From: a bacterium
GTDB taxonomy: Bacteria; Krumholzibacteriota; Krumholzibacteriia; LZORAL124-64-63
Assembly: GCA_024223715.1 (NCBI GenBank)
Contig: JAAEOA010000015.1
Coordinates: forward strand, 5,500 to 69,499
Length of the DNA stretch: 64,000 nt
Reading direction: 5' to 3'
Shown here: positions 56,024 to 63,966 of the stretch, in pieces
How the letters are laid out: the number at the start of each line of letters is the position of its first letter
How positions within the stretch are numbered: position 1 is the first letter of the stretch
Translations under genes and position numbers: made by a program
Notes under the pieces: generated by a model
Seen by the model: only the letters and a program-made list of their open reading frames with translations
What the model was told of the DNA's origin: nothing
Databases searched by the model: none

Positions 56024-56985
56024 TGCAACAGGACTCCGTTTCGGAGGAAAAAGATGCCAACGAAAAGACTGCAGGTCAGAAAAAACAGAGTGTGAAAAAT
56101 TACAGCCCATTTTTGTGTGAAACTGACATCGTGGCCCAGCAACAGTCGTAAAACAAACCCGGCCACTCCAAAAAAGGTTCCAGCCAAAAGAGAGCCCCAA
56201 ATCAGGTAGCCCACATAATAGTACTCTTTCTGAAGCATACAGAAAGGACATTTATGAGTGGGTAGCTGGTAAACATAAGTTCCGAAGAAATAGACTACAG
56301 CAAAATATCCGAAGTACAAGAAGGCAGAACTGGCTAGCAAATGAAGCAAGTTATAGCGCTTCAATCCCAAAACCACCACCAGTGAATACAACAGGAAAAA
56401 GAGCATCAACAAAGTATTGATGTTTAACCCGAGGGGTAGGGGATTGCCCTCGCCCACGGCTCCGTAAATTCCGGAACAACACTGCACTGGTGTTAGGGTG
56501 CTAATGTTCACGAAAAACAACCAGTCCAGGACCGTTTCCAGAACCACTGCAACAAAAATCAAGAGAAAGAATTTCAATTTGGCTCGAAAATAAGGATGGT
56601 CTTCAGCCCCAAGATCTTCACGGTTGGCAAAAAGCCAGATTCCTGAAAGATACAGAACCACAATTTTCAAGACCATCAAGGCGGGACCAAACCCGTTGGA
56701 TTCAATGACACCCGCACCACACATTGCACCAGGAATAATTGTCGCTAAACCATCAATGGTATGACTGAAGAAAGGCAAAAGGAGGATTTTAAAAATCAGG
56801 GTTCCCAGGATAACCAAAACCACTAGATAGGCCCGCTTTTCCAGGGCGAACTGTGTTGTTGTGGTGGCAAAAAAATCCCAGCTTTTCAGGATAGTCAGGG
56901 TATTGACCAAAGCGACGGTTAGCAGAACCAGCAAAACGGCTTCCAGGAAAAGAAAAACAACCACTTCATTGGCCAGCAGGATCAT
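56020..56985 (-). CDS. Cys-rich polytopic (about 8 TM) membrane protein of unknown family
   Basis: 321 aa with about eight hydrophobic spans. Cys-containing loops: PGAMCGAGV, PVQCCSGIYG, HKCPFCML. ATGA overlaps at both ends. Confidence 0.6.
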   Translation of the reverse strand: MILLANEVVVFLFLEAVLLVLLTVALVNTLTILKSWDFFATTTTQFALEKRAYLVVLVILGTLIFKILLLPFFSHTIDGLATIIPGAMCGAGVIESNGFGPALMVLKIVVLYLSGIWLFANREDLGAEDHPYFRAKLKFFLLIFVAVVLETVLDWLFFVNISTLTPVQCCSGIYGAVGEGNPLPLGLNINTLLMLFFLLYSLVVVLGLKRYNLLHLLASSAFLYFGYFAVVYFFGTYVYQLPTHKCPFCMLQKEYYYVGYLIWGSLLAGTFFGVAGFVLRLLLGHDVSFTQKWAVIFHTLFFLTCSLFVGIFFLRNGVLLQ

Positions 56986-57656
56986 GAAAGGGTGATCCTT
57001 CCTGCTTCCAGGCTGATTACCCGATCCACCAGATTCAATCCTTCAAAAATAGGATCATGAGTGGCAATAATTACGGTCTTGCCCAGAAACTTCAGATTGC
57101 CGAGGATTTCAATAAAGGCATCGGAGTTGGCCCGATCCAAGTTGGCCGTTGGTTCATCGCATAGAATGATTTTGGCGTCGTTCACCAGAGCCCGGGCAAT
57201 GGCAGCCCTTTGTTTTTCCCCACCACTGAGGTCGCGCACACTTTGGGTGGCTTTGTGTTGAATGTTGGCCAATTTCATAGCCCGGTCCACATGGGTGTAA
57301 ATTTCCTTTTGAGGTAGGCCAGTGGGAATGAGAGGCAGGGCTACATTTTCGGCAACATTAAATTCTTCAAATAAATTGAAGGCCTGAAAAATGAAACCAA
57401 TAGTTTGAGCACGAAAAGCCGAGGCATGCATGTCGGGAAGTTTGGCAATGGGGCGGCCGTCCACTTTTATCTGCCCACTGGAAGGTTTTTGCAAAGCACC
57501 AATAATGGAAAGTAAAGTGCTTTTGCCACTGCCGCTGACACCCTTGAGAATAGCCAACTCACCAGCCCGGACTTCAAAGCCAATATCATACAGGGATTGA
57601 AATTCAGCAGGGGTGCCTGGACGATGGATTTTTTGGATTCCCTTGAGCACAATCAT
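56982..57656 (-). CDS. ABC transporter ATP-binding protein (MacB/LolD-type)
   Basis: Start chosen at Met14 (ATG 57656, ATGA overlap with the permease stop). Walker A GVSGSGKST, signature LSGGEKQR, Walker B IILCDEPT, H-loop ATHD. Confidence 0.9.
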   Translation of the reverse strand: MIVLKGIQKIHRPGTPAEFQSLYDIGFEVRAGELAILKGVSGSGKSTLLSIIGALQKPSSGQIKVDGRPIAKLPDMHASAFRAQTIGFIFQAFNLFEEFNVAENVALPLIPTGLPQKEIYTHVDRAMKLANIQHKATQSVRDLSGGEKQRAAIARALVNDAKIILCDEPTANLDRANSDAFIEILGNLKFLGKTVIIATHDPIFEGLNLVDRVISLEAGRITLS

Positions 57657-58837
57657 TTCATGGCCTCCACCGGTTCGGTAATGGCCACGCGCCAAACAGG
57701 AATCAGTACCGAAGCAATAAAGGGCACCATGTAAAAAAGAAATAACAGGCTGATCAATCCAAAATCGATACCCCTGCTTAAGGTGAAATTAACGGGCAAG
57801 TTCCCATTACCCAAAAATACGGCAATTAAACCGGGCGCCCCGAGGAAGAATACGTAGAAATAACTGAGCAGAATTCCCACCACAAAAGCGGTGCCGGCCA
57901 CAACTGCATTTTCCCAGACTTTCAGCGAAATGACGTCGCCAATGCCCCACCCCACGGCTCGTAAAATTCCGATTTGACGCCGATCAGGGCCAGTAATCAT
58001 AGAGTGCCGCTGATACAGAATAAGTACAAAAGTACTCAGGACTATCAAATACAGGAGCAGGAAAACTCCGCCTTTGTAGTTGAATAAATTGTCGAATGCA
58101 GTGGCTATTTCCTTTTTCTGAATCACCCGGATATCGAAATGCTGTTGAATCAGCTTGACCATAATGCTGTCGCCTTCAAGTTCGTTGGGAACATGAAGAA
58201 CAATGTCCGTGGCCTGGTCTTCGGCAATACCGAGAACCTGCCTGGCCAGGTCGATATCCATAACCACCATGTCATTGGTAAACAAATAACTGTCGGTGGG
58301 GAAGGTATCGAAAACTGTTAATTCAAGCCGCTGCTGATCAGGAGAAATGAAATCATATTTTCCATTGTAGTGATGGTTTTCCAGGAACTCCTGAACTCCA
58401 CGCCCGACAATCATGTTATTGCCGGCCAGAAATTTTTTGAGGTCAAGACCGTCCATCAAAGTTTGCAGATTCTCTGAAGCCTGGTTGTCGAAGGGATCGA
58501 TGCCCACAACTGTGAAGTATTGAGCGTTCTGAGTATGAAAATACCGCCCGAATACTCTGGGAACAGCCGAGTTGACACCCGCGATGGTACCGAAATCCTG
58601 AGCCCAGTCCACGGGCAGATCAACGGCTTTGCCGCCTCGGACTTTCTGTACGATAATATCGGCCTGCTGGTTTAATGTATGGCTCACATCTCGCCGAATT
58701 GCCGATGCCAGGAACATGACTGAACACAGCAAAGTGACAATAACCACGGCCATTAACATGACAGCCACATGCCGCGTGCGATGGCGATGCAGGGAAAGAA
58801 AAAGGAAATTCCAAGCGGCACTACTGAGCATAAACAA
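57653..58837 (-). CDS. FtsX/MacB-type ABC transporter permease
   Basis: 394 aa. TM1 (VAVMLMAVVIVTLLCSVMFLA), a ~220-aa periplasmic domain, then three C-terminal TMs with the FtsX-type loop QIGILRAVGW. Confidence 0.8.
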   Translation of the reverse strand: MFMLSSAAWNFLFLSLHRHRTRHVAVMLMAVVIVTLLCSVMFLASAIRRDVSHTLNQQADIIVQKVRGGKAVDLPVDWAQDFGTIAGVNSAVPRVFGRYFHTQNAQYFTVVGIDPFDNQASENLQTLMDGLDLKKFLAGNNMIVGRGVQEFLENHHYNGKYDFISPDQQRLELTVFDTFPTDSYLFTNDMVVMDIDLARQVLGIAEDQATDIVLHVPNELEGDSIMVKLIQQHFDIRVIQKKEIATAFDNLFNYKGGVFLLLYLIVLSTFVLILYQRHSMITGPDRRQIGILRAVGWGIGDVISLKVWENAVVAGTAFVVGILLSYFYVFFLGAPGLIAVFLGNGNLPVNFTLSRGIDFGLISLLFLFYMVPFIASVLIPVWRVAITEPVEAMK

Positions 58838-59075
58838 AATCCATAGTACTGAGTGACCTCATTCCAGGATACAGAATGCAGGCGTTTTCGTTCAGCAATC
58901 GCCAGCGTGATTCAAAGTAGGGGACAGCCAAAGCCGGGCCTGGTAAATCGCAGAATGTTAGACGATCGATTTCACTGGTTTTGGCTCTTTGCCGGGAACC
59001 ATCCACAAGAACGGCCCCCAGGCTAAGAGCAATAATAACCAAAACGGCCAAATAGGATTTAGTCAATCCGGTCAT
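58821..59075 (-). CDS. Small single-TM protein (hypothetical)
   Basis: 84-aa ORF with N-terminal TM YLAVLVIIALSLGAVLV. It starts 5 nt after the upstream stop and overlaps the permease start by 11-17 nt. This tight coupling is the main support. Confidence 0.4.
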   Translation of the reverse strand: MTGLTKSYLAVLVIIALSLGAVLVDGSRQRAKTSEIDRLTFCDLPGPALAVPYFESRWRLLNENACILYPGMRSLSTMDFVYAQ

Positions 59076-59080
59076 GACAA

Positions 59081-60178
59081 TTATTTGTCCAATCCGTGAA
59101 CCAGATCCTTGGTGATTTCACTGAAAATCACAATGGAGTTTCCTGAGTGATCCTGACTGAAAGTTTCTGCTTCGGCTTTCGACCGGAAAGGAATTAATTC
59201 GTTACCCATTGGGCCATAAACATTGGAGCCAAGCACGTACCAGGCTTCACTCGCGTTCATGGCTTCCAAACTGTAATAATCTGATACGTTAATATTGGCC
59301 ATTTGGTCTTTTTTCAGTTCCACATGGTAACGTTTGGGCTCGAAATAGAACTTCATCATATCCTTGACGCCATCGAAATAATAATGGGTGCCTTCGGTGC
59401 TGATGATTTCCGCTGTCCAGTCCGGATAAAGAGCTGAGTACATGCCACATACTGGACACTTGGCTTTTTCGGGAACCACGATTTTAGCCTTATTGCCGTT
59501 GGTGGAGTTATTCTGGCTTACCAGGAAAATAGCCACAGCCTGGTATTGGCCATCTTTGAGTGTTCCGCAAGTTTGATGAGTGCTCAAGTGAGTTTTGGCT
59601 TCGGCAATGGTTTGAAACATGGGCAGGTCTGAACCGTTACACAGGGTCTCGAATATTTTCCGACCTTTTTCGGCCATAGACTGGCGTTTTTTGGCGATCA
59701 TCTGGTTCTCTTTGGCCAAGGCCTTGCGCGCAATGGTCTGAGCCTCGTCAAAGGATAAAATCTTCCCTCCATTTTTTTCCTGGAAAGCTCCTGCTTGGGT
59801 TTTATCGGCAAAAGCATATTTACTCGTCATGGTCATGGTGCCTTTGACATTACTGCCAACTACATAAAAAGCACTGTGGGCGGGAATGAATTTTAAAGAG
59901 GTGAAATCCACTACCCGAGCCTGATTTTTGACTACCTCAGATTCCGGGTTCGCATCGCAGAAACAATGCATGGAGCAATATTGATGTTCAGTATTGGCAT
60001 GAGATGTTTTGTAGAATTTGACGAGGTTCATGCCACAGTTGGGACAATAGAGTTTTCCCGGGCCGGATTGCAACAGCTGAGCTTGGTCCGCAGGAACAGT
60101 CTGAGGCATTTGGGCCAAACATACAGAGGTCCAGATCAATGTTAGCAACAAGGCTTTAAAAAAGGTCGTGGTTTTCAT
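59081..60178 (-). CDS. Periplasmic TRASH-motif plus double NosL-like domain protein
   Basis: 365 aa with signal peptide ...SVCLAQ. C45-x2-C48-x19-C68-x3-C72 (CPNCGM...YCSMHC) fits the TRASH pattern. First NosL-like module: YVVGSNVKGTMTM...GGKILSFDE. Second CxxCGM (AKCPVCGMYS) has a NosL-like module: YYFDGVKDMM...YVLGSNVYGPMGNELIPF...FSEI. Confidence 0.65.
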   Translation of the reverse strand: MKTTTFFKALLLTLIWTSVCLAQMPQTVPADQAQLLQSGPGKLYCPNCGMNLVKFYKTSHANTEHQYCSMHCFCDANPESEVVKNQARVVDFTSLKFIPAHSAFYVVGSNVKGTMTMTSKYAFADKTQAGAFQEKNGGKILSFDEAQTIARKALAKENQMIAKKRQSMAEKGRKIFETLCNGSDLPMFQTIAEAKTHLSTHQTCGTLKDGQYQAVAIFLVSQNNSTNGNKAKIVVPEKAKCPVCGMYSALYPDWTAEIISTEGTHYYFDGVKDMMKFYFEPKRYHVELKKDQMANINVSDYYSLEAMNASEAWYVLGSNVYGPMGNELIPFRSKAEAETFSQDHSGNSIVIFSEITKDLVHGLDK

Positions 60179-60377
60179 GGAAATCCCCTTGGTTTGGTAG
60201 CCTTTTGTTCTTGTAACCTATTTTGTCGTCACGTGTTAGGCAACTTAATCCCAAAATTGGACAAAGACAACCACATAGTGGAAATTTTTTTGGTCACTTG
60301 CGGCTCATCCAAAATAATTCTATGTTAAAACTCTTGGAAAAGACCGCTCATGGAGGAGCAAACCTCAAATTCCCGAG

Positions 60378-61670
60378 ATGGAATTTAAGAGGGCGGTTGG
60401 AATGGATGAATTGTTGCATGACCCTGAAATTGGGCAATTGCGGCGGTTTTCCCTTGAGTTAAAGCAGCAGGTGGTCGGACAGCCGGAAGCCATCGACAAA
60501 CTCACAGACAGCCTGAGCCGGCTTATTGCTGGAATCCATGACCCACACCGCCCCCTGTTGGCCATGTTGTTCATGGGGCCAACGGGAGTTGGCAAGACTG
60601 AAACTGTCCGGGCCCTGGCCCGGATTCTTTTTGGCCATCAGCGTGCCTTCACCCGCATCAACTGCCAGGAATTCACCTCCCATTTTAATCTCTCCAAACT
60701 GTTGGGATCGCCACCCGGATACGTTGGAGGCGATATCAAACCCCTTGTCAGTCAGGAGAATCTGGACCGTCATTTCATAACGGCTTTGGCAGAAGGAAGC
60801 GGTCTAGTCTGTCAAACAGATACTCTTATGGGGGAAGTTTTAGGAGGAGGTGGTCAGTCGCCATTGTCTCTGGTCCTCTTTGATGAAGTGGAAAAAGCTC
60901 ATCCCAAACTTTGGGATTTGTTATTGGGGGTACTGGAAGATGGAACCCTGGTTTTGGGCAATAATGAAGAAAGCGATTTCCGGAATTCCATTATTATTCT
61001 GACTTCCAACGTGGGCAGTTCGGCCATGCGAACTCTGTTAAGTCATGAAGGAATTGGCTTCGATTCTGGCAGCGAAGTAACTTTGATAGATATGCAAAAG
61101 TCGGCAATCCATGCCGCGCGAAAGATTTTCCCTGTCGAATTTTTAAACCGTTTTGATCAGCTGGTGACCTTTGCTCCATTAAAGGACCATCATCTGTTAC
61201 GAATTCTGGACTTGCAGTTGTCGCGATTTCACCAGCGGACTCTGCAGGCCCGATGCCCGTTTTTGGTGCATCTGACTCCCAATGCAAAATTCAAATTGAT
61301 CAGACATGAGGCTGACCCGGCACTTGGGGCACGTCCTTTGAACCGGGCTCTGGATCAACTTGTGGTTACACCATTATCTCACTTTGTGGTGCAGGGAAAA
61401 GTAAATCCTGGAGACCTGATTGTTGTTGATTGCAATAAATTGGGAATGCGGTATTACCGCCGTCGGGGGGGTGTCGCAGATTCCGATGAAAGCGCTGGAG
61501 GAGATCTGCCCCGGGTCAAATGGGCCGTGGCGGAAATTAGCACTGTTGACGACGGAGGGGAGAAGGAGGACATAACCGAAGAAGTGAAAAGGGTCGCTGC
61601 ACAGGCTGCTGCAGGTACCAGCGCAACAGAGGGTCGGCAGCCCCGGCATGACGGCGAGGAAGGAGGCTGA
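60378..61670 (+). CDS. Stand-alone Clp/Hsp100 D2-type AAA+ ATPase (single AAA module)
   Basis: 430 aa. VVGQPEAIDKL, Walker A GPTGVGKTE, pore loop PPGYVGG, Walker B LVLFDEVEKAHP, sensor-1 IILTSNVG, EFLNRFDQLVTFAPL (D2-small), sensor-2 GARPLNRAL. No N-domain, D1 or M-domain. Acidic low-complexity tail. Confidence 0.85.
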   Translation: MEFKRAVGMDELLHDPEIGQLRRFSLELKQQVVGQPEAIDKLTDSLSRLIAGIHDPHRPLLAMLFMGPTGVGKTETVRALARILFGHQRAFTRINCQEFTSHFNLSKLLGSPPGYVGGDIKPLVSQENLDRHFITALAEGSGLVCQTDTLMGEVLGGGGQSPLSLVLFDEVEKAHPKLWDLLLGVLEDGTLVLGNNEESDFRNSIIILTSNVGSSAMRTLLSHEGIGFDSGSEVTLIDMQKSAIHAARKIFPVEFLNRFDQLVTFAPLKDHHLLRILDLQLSRFHQRTLQARCPFLVHLTPNAKFKLIRHEADPALGARPLNRALDQLVVTPLSHFVVQGKVNPGDLIVVDCNKLGMRYYRRRGGVADSDESAGGDLPRVKWAVAEISTVDDGGEKEDITEEVKRVAAQAAAGTSATEGRQPRHDGEEGG

Positions 61671-61761
61671 TGACAAAACTTTTGGTGGAGGGTGGCACGG
61701 TCGCGGGGACCGGCAAAAAGCGGAAACCCATATTCAAAGGCTAAGTTAGGGAGGCAGGAAA

Positions 61762-63864
61762 ATGAAGGAAATTATAATACAGAAAATTGGAGCCAGGGTT
61801 AGTGGATTGTACCGGGGGCAAGGGTTTCCCGGCATAATCAATGACCTGCCGGGCGATGCCAGCCTGGCAAAGTTCAAAGAGGAAATTCGGCTGGATGTGG
61901 ATGGCAGTTCTCCACAAATGATGGCCAGCGGGGTCATACGAAGTGGTCTGCGCCACAAGGTTCAGTGGATTGCAAGGCTCGAGCCCGAAGAGTTTAATCG
62001 GTGGAAAGGGACCATTTGGAACATGACCGGTGATCAGGACTACATGCCATGGCGCAGTATCAACATGACTGTGAACAACGTAACCGAAGACCGTGACCGA
62101 TGCCTGACTGTACAGTATCTGGGGCATGGAATTCCAAGCAGAACCAGAGACTATAATTTGACTCAAAAACACTTCAATCGCCTGGATGTGGTGGTTGACA
62201 GTACCGGGAATATTAATCCGGTTACGGTGCTGGATCTTGAGAACTTCAACAATCAGTCGGAAATTCTGGCCAGTAACTTCCAAAGCATCAGCACGGTCAT
62301 GGAAAGAGCAGGGCTTCGCTCGCGACTGACCATCAATCGCGATGCACAATTGGAGGGCCCTGATGATGGAACCTGGTCAACGGTTGAAATTGTTGATGCC
62401 TTCCGAACCTGGGCTACTCAGCAGAAAAATGAAAACACTCCCCGGGCCTGGGTGCTGAATATTGGTCGGCATGAAGAAGGTCCTGAAATCAGTTCATTGG
62501 TGATGAACAACATTGGCGGCCGCAAACTCAGTGGCATATCTGTGATGTACGATTCATTTTTGACTAAACCAACAGTAGGGAAAACCGAGTTCATTGATTC
62601 GAGCAACCGCAGACTTTTCATGTCCACCATTCATGGTCTGGGCGATGCTCTGGGCCTTGGCCACTCCTGGCAAAAGCGGGGTCTGGGAATTGACGGAATT
62701 CCTGGAATTCCCCTGGAAAATGAAAGAGAAGCACGCAGCTTCATGAACGACCCAATTCGTGTCGCCGGTGGTGAAAACCAGTTCTTCAGCGATTTCAATT
62801 TCAACTTCAGCGATGCTGAATTGATGATAATGAGGCACGGCACCGCTTTCCCTGGCCCCGTACACAGTCTGGAATGGTACCAACGAAACGGGAACATTGA
62901 TGTCTCCCATGACACATCAGAAAATCTGGATCTGCAGTTCCGTTTGAATAGGCAGCAATCGGTGGTTCAGTTCATGGAACCGGTGATCATGGAAATGAAA
63001 CTGACCAATCGTGGCCAGACACCCATCTTGATTGACAATGACATTCTGGAGAACCAAAACCAGATGACGATTATCATTAACCGCAACGGAACCATGGTGC
63101 GTCAAATGAAGCCCATGTTCCACATGCACCGTCAATTCCAGAAACAAGTGCTCATGCCAGGGGAAGTTATCTTCAATGAAATGATGATTTCCGTGGGCCA
63201 GGACGGTTGGCTGATTGACGAAGCAGGCCTCTATACCATTGAAGGTGTGCTGCATCTGGACGATGGCGATCTGGTGGCCACACCCTTGATCATGAGAGTA
63301 GAACCAGCGCGCAGTTATGAGGAAGAGGTTTTTGCTCAGGACTTCCTGACTGTGGAAATGGCTTCCCTTATTTCCGCCGGAGGAAGTCTGCTGCTTTCCA
63401 ACTGCAATAATATTCTGAAAGAAATCACTGACAAATTCAGCAACCGACAGGTGGCAAAGCATGCTCATCGTTTGCTTGGGTTGACTATGGTTCGAGATTA
63501 CAAATTGTTGCTGGTGGACAAGAAACCAGCGGACAACAAAACGATCTCACAAATTGGCGGGCACCTTGAAGTGGTGGCAGCCGATATGAACAATGGTCTG
63601 GAGCACCTGTTGCTGGCGGCTGAAAACGACAACGACCGGGCGGTCAATACTTTCGGTCATATTGGTTACGTGAAACTGGTGAACCAAATCTGTGATCTAT
63701 TGATTGAGCAGGATCGGGTGAATGTTGCTTTGAATCTGCAGAAGAATTTGAAAGATACAATGGTTAACCGGAAGATAAAGACAACTGCGATTGATGAAAT
63801 CACAACCAACATTTCCCGCATCAAGGCGCGCACATCAAAGAAGGAGAAAAAGGCCAAAAATTAG
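61762..63864 (+). CDS. Large cytoplasmic hypothetical protein with degenerate metzincin-like motif
   Basis: 700-aa ORF with GGAGG upstream and no signal peptide. It contains HGLGDALGLGH (aa 291-301), which matches HExxHxxGxxH at H1, G8 and H11 with E2->G and H5->D. SFMNDP lies 27 aa later (Met-turn-like). Lys-rich C-terminal tail. Confidence 0.6.
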   Translation: MKEIIIQKIGARVSGLYRGQGFPGIINDLPGDASLAKFKEEIRLDVDGSSPQMMASGVIRSGLRHKVQWIARLEPEEFNRWKGTIWNMTGDQDYMPWRSINMTVNNVTEDRDRCLTVQYLGHGIPSRTRDYNLTQKHFNRLDVVVDSTGNINPVTVLDLENFNNQSEILASNFQSISTVMERAGLRSRLTINRDAQLEGPDDGTWSTVEIVDAFRTWATQQKNENTPRAWVLNIGRHEEGPEISSLVMNNIGGRKLSGISVMYDSFLTKPTVGKTEFIDSSNRRLFMSTIHGLGDALGLGHSWQKRGLGIDGIPGIPLENEREARSFMNDPIRVAGGENQFFSDFNFNFSDAELMIMRHGTAFPGPVHSLEWYQRNGNIDVSHDTSENLDLQFRLNRQQSVVQFMEPVIMEMKLTNRGQTPILIDNDILENQNQMTIIINRNGTMVRQMKPMFHMHRQFQKQVLMPGEVIFNEMMISVGQDGWLIDEAGLYTIEGVLHLDDGDLVATPLIMRVEPARSYEEEVFAQDFLTVEMASLISAGGSLLLSNCNNILKEITDKFSNRQVAKHAHRLLGLTMVRDYKLLLVDKKPADNKTISQIGGHLEVVAADMNNGLEHLLLAAENDNDRAVNTFGHIGYVKLVNQICDLLIEQDRVNVALNLQKNLKDTMVNRKIKTTAIDEITTNISRIKARTSKKEKKAKN

Positions 63865-63943
63865 TTGGTTTGGGCTCGTACATAGCTATACCCCCAAGGC
63901 GGGCCTGAAATGTGGCGATACGGTTGGATGTTGTCACTGAAAG

Positions 63944-63966
63944 GGCCCCGTGTTTGGCACGGGGCC
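63944..63966 (+). terminator. Possible terminator hairpin
   Basis: 9-bp stem GGCCCCGTG / CACGGGGCC with loop TTTGG, ~80 nt after the stop at 63864. The downstream T-tract is weak (TTGTCT). Confidence 0.45.

Noticed and set aside
55520-60178. Interpreting the cluster as a nitrous-oxide reductase (nos) accessory operon
   Set aside because: No nosZ, nosD, nosR or ABC-2-type nosF/nosY are present. The ABC transporter is FtsX/MacB-type. Only the NosL-like fold is shared.
60378-61670. Calling the ATPase ClpB, ClpA or T6SS ClpV
   Set aside because: It has only one AAA+ module (D2) and lacks the N-domain, D1 and coiled-coil M-domain. No T6SS or clpP/clpS genes are nearby. The upstream sequence is a genuine intergenic region, so this is not an assembly truncation.
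61741-63468. Minus-strand ORFs of 183-202 aa opposite the 700-aa gene
   Set aside because: They are antisense shadow ORFs with no motifs. The plus-strand ORF is continuous for 2.1 kb with an upstream GGAGG.
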